From assembly GCA_035647695.1 (NCBI GenBank), contig DASRMY010000074.1, positions 1 to 24,440 on the forward strand: 24,440 bases of DNA, written 5' to 3'. How positions within the stretch are numbered: position 1 is the first letter of the stretch; each line of letters starts with the position of its first letter. Source of the stretch: Treponemataceae bacterium. GTDB taxonomy: Bacteria > Spirochaetota > Spirochaetia > Treponematales > Treponemataceae. This document shows, one piece after another, positions 17,202-24,440 of the stretch. The notes under the pieces are model-generated. The model was not told the origin of the DNA, made no database searches, and saw only the letters and a list, made by a program, of their open reading frames with translations. The position numbers were made by a program, and so were the translations under genes.

Positions 17202-19022
17202 TTAGCTAAAATCCTTTTCTCCTGCTGGTGCGGGAGCTATATATGCCACAACAGATGAGCCAAACCCAGTATGTGTCGCCAGCGCAGGAGAAGCATCGAG
17301 CATAAATATTTCTCGTAGCGGAATAAAGTGTTTTTCTATTTCAGATTTAAACCATTCTGCCAGTTTTGGGCTATCCACATGAGCAATAGCAAAATCGCTC
17401 TGTGTTCCCTCTTCTAATTGATTCTGCATAAGACTCATAATTTTATATTTACACGCTTTTTCTCCCCGAGCCATTGCAATTTTAGCAATACTCCCCTGTT
17501 CATTGAGGGTTAGTAAAGGGCGCAGATTACATAGTTGTGCAATAATACCCTTTGTTTTTCCCAGCCTGCCGCTTCTAAACAAGGCAGAAAGATCTGGTAT
17601 AGCAATTAGAAGACGAATACGCTTTATAAGACTTTGAATACCTTCGGTAATAAAAGAAATAGATTTTTTCTGTTCAATCCATTCTACAACTCGCCGCACT
17701 ATAAGACCAGTACCAATACTAATCGTTTTTGTATTAATAATATGAACAGCATCCCGTCCTACAACCTGCTCAAGAGAGCTACGTGCCGAGCCTATGGTGC
17801 CACTAAGAGCCTCAGTCAACCCAAGATAAATAACATTGTTATAGTGGCTTGTTAAAAAAGAAAAATTTTTGCCAAATTCTCCAGGAGCCGGTTGTGACGT
17901 GGTAGCCGGTTTTTTACAAGGAGCACGTAATAATTCATAAAAGCGTGTAGGGCTAAGAGCAATTTTATCAAGATAGCTTTGCCCTCCAAATAAAACTTTT
18001 AGTGGTATAAGGTGTACAAAGCTTTTGTCCAGTAGCTCAGCAGGAACATCGCAAGAAGAATCCAGAACTACGGCGATATCTGTTGTTTTGTCATGCACCG
18101 CTCGATATTGTTTTTTCATATTATCAACTTTTTGCCGTGTCACATTACCGTATTCTTCAAGAATTTGAAATACCTTTTCAGGATAATCGCTATGAACGTG
18201 TATTTTGGTTCTTTGCCTGGAACCAGCAATGATAAGCGAATCTCCCAATTTTGTAAGACGCTGACGAATTTCAGTATGGTTTATTGCGCACCCTTCAATG
18301 ATACATTCTGTGCAAAAGTTGAAGGTGATTGTTTCTTCTACTACAAGAGGTTCAGATTCTTCGCCAACAACAAATTCAGCCCCCTGCTCCACTTCACGAA
18401 TTTTTCCTTTTTGAATAAAGTCGACAATACCTTCTATTATATATACAAACCCAAGGGCACCAGCATCAACAACCTTAGCCTTTTTTAGACTTGGTATTTT
18501 TTTGCAGGTTTGCTTCAATGTTTTTTTTACAGCAGAAAGAGAATCACCAAAAACTTGTGCAAAATCACTTGTCTTAGTACTTAATTCTGTGACCTTCTCT
18601 GACCACGCACTCAAAACCGTAAGAATAGTTCCTTCTGCAGGATTTGATATAGCAGCGTAAGTATGATTAACGGCTTTTTGCACTATTGTGCTAAACTTTT
18701 GTACATTTATACGTGAATAATCCTTAATGCCTTCTGCTATGCCATAAAAAAACTGTGAAACTATTGTTCCACTATTGCCTTGTGCTCCAGTAAGAGCAGA
18801 ATCTGCTGCGAGCCTACTCATTATAGAAACATTATGCTCATTGTTAATACCAATTCCATTGAGCATGGCTATCATTGTTCCCGCAAGATTTGTGCCTGTA
18901 TCGTTATCGGCAACGGGAAATACGTTAATTTCGTTAAGCTGTTCTTTATGTTTAATCAGCTGTCGGGCTCCAGCTATCAGCGCTCTGCGCATTCTAATCC
19001 CATTCAGATAGATAATCTGCAT
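17202..19022 (-). CDS. DAK2-domain / DegV-domain fusion (FakA-FakB-like fatty acid kinase)
   Basis: Likely start ATG 19022 with GGAG RBS; 606 aa. DAK2 (LNEINVFPVADNDTGTN, GAQGNSG, EGTILTV, VVDAG), FakA middle domain (CTE...GDSL...KIHVH) and DegV (LDSSCD, TTSQP, LSGT, HTG). Confidence 0.88.
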   Translation of the reverse strand: MQIIYLNGIRMRRALIAGARQLIKHKEQLNEINVFPVADNDTGTNLAGTMIAMLNGIGINNEHNVSIMSRLAADSALTGAQGNSGTIVSQFFYGIAEGIKDYSRINVQKFSTIVQKAVNHTYAAISNPAEGTILTVLSAWSEKVTELSTKTSDFAQVFGDSLSAVKKTLKQTCKKIPSLKKAKVVDAGALGFVYIIEGIVDFIQKGKIREVEQGAEFVVGEESEPLVVEETITFNFCTECIIEGCAINHTEIRQRLTKLGDSLIIAGSRQRTKIHVHSDYPEKVFQILEEYGNVTRQKVDNMKKQYRAVHDKTTDIAVVLDSSCDVPAELLDKSFVHLIPLKVLFGGQSYLDKIALSPTRFYELLRAPCKKPATTSQPAPGEFGKNFSFLTSHYNNVIYLGLTEALSGTIGSARSSLEQVVGRDAVHIINTKTISIGTGLIVRRVVEWIEQKKSISFITEGIQSLIKRIRLLIAIPDLSALFRSGRLGKTKGIIAQLCNLRPLLTLNEQGSIAKIAMARGEKACKYKIMSLMQNQLEEGTQSDFAIAHVDSPKLAEWFKSEIEKHFIPLREIFMLDASPALATHTGFGSSVVAYIAPAPAGEKDFS

Positions 19023-19089
19023 AGTCGTTTTCTCCATGGGATGGTTAAAAATCGACCCCAATGCTCGTTTTTTAACCATCCCTACCTGC

Positions 19090-19118
19090 AAAGTAGACAT
19101 AAATACAAAATCTGTCAA
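19090..19118 (-). promoter_or_regulatory. Sigma70 promoter of the DAK2-DegV/plsY operon
   Basis: TTGACA (19113-19118) - 17 bp - TACTTT (19090-19095). It lies inside the ORF-track extension, which supports the later start codon. Confidence 0.6.
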
Positions 19119-19247
19119 GCAAAACAAGCATCATATCGACATAAAACGCAAAATAGTCAACAAAACCATCGAGTCATCTATGCTACCTATACTTTATGTA
19201 GGCAAATTATAAAAATATATGCTATATTAATTTTGTAAAGGAGTACC

Positions 19248-20420
19248 ATGAAAAAACAAAAAAGAGCTTTTACCATTTGTATATTGCTTTTCTTTATTTG
19301 TATACCGTTGTATGCTCAAAACGTTTTTGTTTCAATGTATGATGTACATGCGAAGACTATTTTAATAATAGCTAACCTATTTCTTATTGTTCTTTTTGCA
19401 GCATTACTTATAGTAATCGTACTGATAAAAAAGGCATATAGAAAAATAAATAATAAAAACATCAAATTAAAACTAGCACAAGAAAAAGCAGAATTTCTTT
19501 CTTTACACGACAGCCTTACAGACCTTTATAACAGAAGAGCTATTGAGCCAATGATCATTCACGAGATGAACCATAAAAAACGATTCAATACTCCCGTATC
19601 ACTGCTTATTGCAGATATTGATCATTTTAAAAAGGTAAATGACATTTATGGCCATGATGTTGGAGATATTGTTTTAAAAAGGCTTGCACAATTATTTATC
19701 GATTACTCTAGAGTTACCGATATACCTTCTCGTTGGGGAGGCGAGGAGTTTTTAATTGTTCTTACAAACACAACAGAACAAGGTGCAATACTTCTGGCAC
19801 AAAAAATGAGAAAAGCCTGCGAAAAACTTATGTTTGAAGAATGCAAAAAAATTACTATCAGTATTGGAGTTGCACAAAACAACCGTGATGAAACCTTTGA
19901 GCAGTGGTTTAAAAAAGCAGATCGCGCATTATACATCGCAAAAAACACTGGTCGAAACAAGGTAGTAGCAGCTTCAGGACTTGACCCAGAAAGCCTTATA
20001 GAAAAAAGTGAACACGAGCTTTTGCTTTTACAACTAATCTGGCGAGACGATTATTGCGTAGGAGTAGCTACAGTTGATGCACAGCATCGCGATTTATTTA
20101 CTGCTTCAAATATGATAATCGATGCAATTGTAAAGAACGAAAGTGAAAAACATATTACAGACCTGCTACATGTTCTTTTTACACAAACCAAAACACATTT
20201 TAAAGAGGAAGAAAAATATTTAAAAAAAGAAAAATGTTCACGGCTTGAACAACACAAAGAAGAACATAATCGTTTATTAGATACATTTAAAGACCATATT
20301 CTCGATTTTTCTCAAAATAGAATTAGTCCATATAATTTTATTGCTTTTATCTGTAATGATTTGGTAATAGGGCATATTTTAGGTGAAGATAAAAAAAGCT
20401 TTGATGGGTTAAAAAATTAA
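19248..20420 (+). CDS. Membrane-anchored diguanylate cyclase with C-terminal bacteriohemerythrin domain
   Basis: 390 aa, AAGGAG RBS. Two N-terminal hydrophobic segments, HDSLTDLYNRR, DIDHFKKVND.YGH, RVTD...RWGGEEF, then W...Y..G...VD.QH, HFKEEE, HKEEH and HILGED. Confidence 0.9.
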   Translation: MKKQKRAFTICILLFFICIPLYAQNVFVSMYDVHAKTILIIANLFLIVLFAALLIVIVLIKKAYRKINNKNIKLKLAQEKAEFLSLHDSLTDLYNRRAIEPMIIHEMNHKKRFNTPVSLLIADIDHFKKVNDIYGHDVGDIVLKRLAQLFIDYSRVTDIPSRWGGEEFLIVLTNTTEQGAILLAQKMRKACEKLMFEECKKITISIGVAQNNRDETFEQWFKKADRALYIAKNTGRNKVVAASGLDPESLIEKSEHELLLLQLIWRDDYCVGVATVDAQHRDLFTASNMIIDAIVKNESEKHITDLLHVLFTQTKTHFKEEEKYLKKEKCSRLEQHKEEHNRLLDTFKDHILDFSQNRISPYNFIAFICNDLVIGHILGEDKKSFDGLKN

Positions 20421-20425
20421 CATGG

Positions 20426-21040
20426 CTACGTCGCATTTAAAACCGAAGGTATCACAGATATAATTAACAATGCGGCCATACTTATATTAAAAATACGCAA
20501 CCAAATAGGATGCTCAAGAAATCGCGTGAGTAAGGTTCCAAAAAGGGTCCACATCGAAATAGCAGCAAAAGCAATAGGAATATTAATTAACAACCCCATT
20601 ACAAGACTAAGCCAGTATGCTTCAGGATCAGTAAAAGCGGTTACAAGTGTAATGCCTGCAACCCATACTTTAGGATTTATCCATTGAAAGCCAACAGAAC
20701 CTAAAAAAGTTATAGGTTTTGCGGTTTCTCCATTTTTTACAACACTCCCTATTCCTGTTGCAGTTGCTATTTTCCATGCAAGCACCATGAGATACGTTAA
20801 AGAGCCCCATTTAAGAATTTGGTGCGCAAGGGGAAAAGCTTTAAAAAGACTGCCGAGCCCAGCACCCATGAGTAAAAAAATAACATTAAAACCAAGTACA
20901 ACACCACACGCATGCGGAAGCGTCCGTCGATAACCAAAGTTTGCGCCAGTTGCAAGTGCAATAAGATTATTAGGACCAGGGGTAAACCCTGAAACAAATG
21001 AGAACGATATAAATCCAGCTAGTAGCGTGTAATTCAACAC
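20426..21040 (-). CDS. LysE/RhtB-family amino acid exporter
   Basis: 204 aa, GTG start, with TPGPNN, G.YL..LAWKIA and FQWINPKVW. Confidence 0.88.
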   Translation of the reverse strand: MLNYTLLAGFISFSFVSGFTPGPNNLIALATGANFGYRRTLPHACGVVLGFNVIFLLMGAGLGSLFKAFPLAHQILKWGSLTYLMVLAWKIATATGIGSVVKNGETAKPITFLGSVGFQWINPKVWVAGITLVTAFTDPEAYWLSLVMGLLINIPIAFAAISMWTLFGTLLTRFLEHPIWLRIFNISMAALLIISVIPSVLNAT

Positions 21041-21086
21041 AAAGCCCCTTTTACAAGCGTGTTTCTATAAACAGTAACAAAAAATT

Positions 21087-21115
21087 ATTATACTCTTATT
21101 TTTTTTGTTTGTCAA
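21087..21115 (-). promoter_or_regulatory. Perfect-consensus sigma70 promoter for the LysE gene
   Basis: TTGACA (21110-21115) - 17 bp - TATAAT (21087-21092). Confidence 0.85.
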
Positions 21116-21213
21116 TAATTTATGTAGGATTATTAGGCTGTCAGCGAAACGAACGGGCTATTTTGAAAAGAAAACATACGTTTCTTTGACCTACAAGAGA
21201 AATATCTCTCTTG

Positions 21214-22260
21214 TTAAAGGTTAAAAGTAAAGTTCAGGCTTAATTGTTGTTCGTTTTCGGTTCCCGAGGTACATAAAAACCCGATTATTGATGAAATACC
21301 ATTTATCCAGGTATGCAGTGCAGCAGAGGAGCGCAAGCCTCCCTTGTCATACGCCCATTGCAAACCAAGTGTTGTAAGGCTTCTATAGGCAAACATCGTT
21401 GCAATTTCTCCTGCGTGTGCTTCGTTCATAATTTCTTGAGGAATATGTACACTGGAGAAAAGCACCGCGTCTACAATTTTTGCAGGGAGGAGACCAAAAG
21501 AAATCTTCATTTCTTCATAACCAACACCTCTAAAAAGAGCTTCCTCGCCAATACCAGTAAAAGTATTCGATAAAAAACTAACCGCTCCAACAGCTATTAA
21601 ACCTGTTAAAATTGGCACCTTGCTTGAGCCAATATAACTTTCACCAGTGTTCCACACAGCCGAAGATCTATCGCCAAGGAATGAAAATCCGGTTATTAAC
21701 GCTGTCTCTACCAATAGCGGCACATACACTGGGGGCTGTAATAAAACCGTGGGATCATAACAGGACTTAAATACATCGGCAAAGCTAAGAACCTCAAGAT
21801 TCTGTTCATATTCACCAGCTTCTGCCATGCTTCGAGCTTTGGCATAGCCCTGATAATATGACCACATAGTGTATTTCATTGATATGTTCGTAAGCAAATG
21901 GTTAACACTAGCATCACCATATAAGCCAGGCAATTGATTTAGACCAAGCCCACCAGCAAGGGCAATACCGCTGAGGGCCGTGTTGAATCCGCCTTCAATA
22001 GGATCAAGAATAATATGGGGTATTGTCGCTAAAAACAAGGTTGAGTGTAACACCGGTTCGACGTATTGCTCGCTCACGAGGGCTAAAGAACCAAGCGCTC
22101 CAAAAAAGCTCACATAAGGGATGCCCCCAAACAGCAACACTTGATTCCGTGTAAAATGTGGCAGAGGTTTTTTAGCATCGGTAGCCTGGCCACAGACGCT
22201 TGAACCTATGCATGCAAAGACTACTATTATAAGAATACATTTTTTTTTATATTTCATCAC
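21214..22260 (-). CDS. CPBP (Abi/CAAX type II) intramembrane glutamic endopeptidase with N-terminal extension
   Basis: 348 aa with a signal-like N-terminus and motifs GEEALFRG, FSSVH and LHTWIN. Start is GTG 22260 or ATG 22257 after AGAGGTG. Confidence 0.8.
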   Translation of the reverse strand: MMKYKKKCILIIVVFACIGSSVCGQATDAKKPLPHFTRNQVLLFGGIPYVSFFGALGSLALVSEQYVEPVLHSTLFLATIPHIILDPIEGGFNTALSGIALAGGLGLNQLPGLYGDASVNHLLTNISMKYTMWSYYQGYAKARSMAEAGEYEQNLEVLSFADVFKSCYDPTVLLQPPVYVPLLVETALITGFSFLGDRSSAVWNTGESYIGSSKVPILTGLIAVGAVSFLSNTFTGIGEEALFRGVGYEEMKISFGLLPAKIVDAVLFSSVHIPQEIMNEAHAGEIATMFAYRSLTTLGLQWAYDKGGLRSSAALHTWINGISSIIGFLCTSGTENEQQLSLNFTFNL

Positions 22261-22283
22261 ACACCTCTTTTGTCGGATTATAT

Positions 22284-22312
22284 ATATTACACTTTTTTAG
22301 TTGATGTGTCAT
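22284..22312 (-). promoter_or_regulatory. Possible sigma70 promoter for the CPBP gene
   Basis: ATGACA (22307-22312) - 17 bp - TAATAT (22284-22289). Confidence 0.45.
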
Positions 22313-22328
22313 TTGCAAAAGAGATATT

Positions 22329-22598
22329 TTGAAAAAACTTATTACAAGGACAGAGAAAGCTGAGTTAAATTTTTATGAACAAAATTGCGTGCCCTATTAC
22401 GAATGTGGTATAAAACTGAGAATATTCGATATTGATAATTCAAAAATATTTCCTTATTCTTGGAAAAATGAAATTTATTTTGCCTTCGACAAAACCCTAG
22501 AATTTAATATTGGTACACGATTTGACCTTGCTTCGTCTGCTTTGTTTTTTATCATTTTAACGTCTCAAGAACAAGAAGATGATTGGCCTAATCACTAA
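22329..22598 (+). CDS. Hypothetical protein (89 aa)
   Basis: Only ORF filling the gap. TTG start, weak RBS, no recognisable motif. Confidence 0.3.
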   Translation: MKKLITRTEKAELNFYEQNCVPYYECGIKLRIFDIDNSKIFPYSWKNEIYFAFDKTLEFNIGTRFDLASSALFFIILTSQEQEDDWPNH

Positions 22599-22631
22599 AA
22601 TGTAGCTTTTTTTCTATACATGTATACACAG

Positions 22632-22973
22632 TTACTTTGAGTTTTCTAATTCATCTAAAAACTCTCTATGTTTTAAGCCAATTAAATCCATAATCGGAAG
22701 TGAAAAAACAATACCTGCTCCTGGGGTTTTTAAATTTCCAGCATGCACTATTGATTTCATAATTTTTTTGTATTTTTCTTTTTCTCCCAAAATTAATATT
22801 ATTTCTTTTGAGGACTCAACATGTATATTTAATAGTTTTTTAATTTCCTTATCTCCAGTTCCTCTACCATAAAAGATAGTGGCACCTGTAGCTCCTGCTT
22901 CTTTTGCCTCTTTTACTATGTTTTCTGCTTTTCCTCGCTCAACTATAGTTACTATACAGATTATCTCGTACAT
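22632..22973 (-). CDS. PII-family (GlnB-like) signalling protein
   Basis: 113 aa: IVTIVERGKAENIVKEAKEAGATGATIFYGRGTG...SKEIILI...PGAGIVFSLPI. The T-loop is short and lacks the uridylylated Tyr. Confidence 0.85.
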   Translation of the reverse strand: MYEIICIVTIVERGKAENIVKEAKEAGATGATIFYGRGTGDKEIKKLLNIHVESSKEIILILGEKEKYKKIMKSIVHAGNLKTPGAGIVFSLPIMDLIGLKHREFLDELENSK

Positions 22974-22985
22974 GATTTTTCCTCT

Positions 22986-23690
22986 TTATATTCTTGTTAA
23001 TATGCCTAGGGTTAAAACTGAAATCACCGCTCCAATAGAAGTCAGTCCGACCATTCCAAATCCTGCCAAAAGAGGATCAACGCCTGCTAAAACGCCTGCT
23101 AGTCCTACTGCTATGAGCATGTTTAAGGGAATGTTTACAGAACCAGTTGTAGCACTTCCAGAATCCATTGCAATTGACACAAATGATTCTGGTGTAAAAA
23201 TAATAAGTATAAGTATTAGTATTAACAATGGAACAATAATTTTTGTGTATGAAATATTCATAAGAATTTTAAAAACACCTAACCCCATGCCTAATCCAAA
23301 GCCAAGCGCAACGACATGTATAAGAACCTTGTGAGAAATAGCACCCTCAGATACCTCTTCTACTTGTAATGCTAAAACCTTTAACGCTGGTTCTACTAAG
23401 GTTCCAAAATAGCCGATTATAAAGGCTACAAAGACTATTAACCATTTTTTTTCTAGTATAACAATGTTTCTTCCCACAGATTCTCCCAACGGGATTAAAC
23501 ACATGGACGCACCTTCTAAAAAGAAATGTAATCCTAATACTGTTAAAACAAAACCAACAACAAATTCTTTTGTATTATGCAATGGTTTTTTTAAAATAAA
23601 AACTTGAAAAACAACTAAGGTTAGCACCAGCGGAACAATTGTTTTTAAGGTTGCCCACAAACTTCCTAAAATCTCTAGCAATTTAATCAT
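22986..23690 (-). CDS. DUF1538-family membrane protein
   Basis: Start moved to ATG 23690 with AAGGGGG RBS; 234 aa. GL..FL.G......P.GE..G, FIIGYFGTLVEPAL.VLA, DSGSATTG...P and GFG.VGL motifs. Confidence 0.8.
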   Translation of the reverse strand: MIKLLEILGSLWATLKTIVPLVLTLVVFQVFILKKPLHNTKEFVVGFVLTVLGLHFFLEGASMCLIPLGESVGRNIVILEKKWLIVFVAFIIGYFGTLVEPALKVLALQVEEVSEGAISHKVLIHVVALGFGLGMGLGVFKILMNISYTKIIVPLLILILILIIFTPESFVSIAMDSGSATTGSVNIPLNMLIAVGLAGVLAGVDPLLAGFGMVGLTSIGAVISVLTLGILTRI

Positions 23691-23712
23691 ACGCCCCCTT
23701 TTAATCACAGTA

Positions 23713-24399
23713 TTAATCTCGTTGTGTCTTATTATTTCTTCTAATAGTATAATGTCGATAGGTAAAATATATAAGACCGCATATTCCACAGACCCCAGCA
23801 GGATAAAAAAGGACCGCGTTCCCAATGTGTTTAAATAATAAACCAGAGACACACGATCCACATAAAAAACCAATCACAATAGAAACAAAAAGTATTATTT
23901 CTTTTATAGGTAATGATATACCAGCAAAAAAGTTCCCTATAATTATTCCTAAATCAGTAAAAATTCCGGTTAGATGTGTTGTGCGAACAATTGCTCCAGA
24001 ATAGGTAGTTCCCATAGCATTTTGCAACCCACAAGCAGCCGCAAGAATAAAATGTGCAATGTGTGGTTGTTTGTTAAAAATAAGATACGATACAAAAATC
24101 ATAAAAGACTCAATAAACAACGCAACCCCATATCTGCGTCCTAGCTTTAATTGTCTCTCTCGAATTAAAAAACCACTCAATGCTGCTCCTGCAGAAAAAC
24201 TTAGAAGAAGTAAAATAAAATAAATTGTTTGTGTAGAACTCCCCTGTGCAATGCTTAAGCCTAAGCTTGCCGTCGGGCCCGTAAGGTGTGAAACTGGTTG
24301 ATTTAACACAGATTGTAACGTAAACACATTAAGACTACCGGCAACTGAAGCAAGAAAAAAAGAACCAAGCTCTACCCAAGCTGGTAATTTGGTTATCAT
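23713..24399 (-). CDS. YoaK / DUF1275-family membrane protein
   Basis: 228 aa with VAGSLN, VSHLTG, SFSAGAALSG and GLQNA.....RTTHLTGIFTDLG. Confidence 0.85.
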   Translation of the reverse strand: MITKLPAWVELGSFFLASVAGSLNVFTLQSVLNQPVSHLTGPTASLGLSIAQGSSTQTIYFILLLLSFSAGAALSGFLIRERQLKLGRRYGVALFIESFMIFVSYLIFNKQPHIAHFILAAACGLQNAMGTTYSGAIVRTTHLTGIFTDLGIIIGNFFAGISLPIKEIILFVSIVIGFLCGSCVSGLLFKHIGNAVLFYPAGVCGICGLIYFTYRHYTIRRNNKTQRD

Positions 24400-24440
24400 T
24401 TTGTAATCCTTTTATAAGAGTTATAATATTAGTCCATTTT

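Noticed and set aside
21193-21214. Hairpin ACAAGAGA/TCTCTTGT at the CPBP stop
   Set aside because: No U-tract on the coding strand, so it is not called as an intrinsic terminator.
765-23334. Numerous 60-152 aa ORFs antisense to or nested in the called genes (e.g. 765-1148, 7994-8356, 16637-17092, 18780-19238, 22879-23334)
   Set aside because: They are shadow ORFs of well-supported genes, with no RBS or motif support.

Overview
AT-rich bacterial chromosomal window, most likely from an anaerobic spirochaete. This is inferred from a spirochaete-type lipobox (LFIS-C), an SthK-like channel and the anaerobe-type gene content; it is not verified. From left to right: (1) a minus-strand run fprA-type flavodiiron protein > hcp > PflX-type radical SAM > pcm (partial); (2) a roughly 1.4 kb accessory patch with a truncated ParE/RelE-like toxin, an NT5C-type nucleotidase, a chimeric or truncated HicB with its promoter/operator, and an unidentified structured minus-strand element ending in a terminator-like hairpin; (3) a GAF-PAS-GGDEF diguanylate cyclase converging on an SthK-like cyclic-nucleotide-gated K+ channel; (4) a tandem double-TetR regulator heading a TolC-MFP-RND operon that ends in a small PII-like gene, with two long perfect inverted repeats in the divergent intergenic region; (5) a DAK2-DegV (FakA-FakB-like) fusion next to plsY; (6) a membrane GGDEF protein with a C-terminal hemerythrin, a LysE transporter and a CPBP protease; (7) an AT-richer DUF1275 > DUF1538 > PII-like operon. 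No rRNA, tRNA, CRISPR array, transposase or integrase was seen. All family calls come from motif recognition by eye; no database searches were run. The best candidates for undescribed systems are the two PII-like/transporter modules, the double-TetR/two-operator circuit, the radical SAM-pcm pair behind the NO/O2 detox genes, and the structured RNA element.
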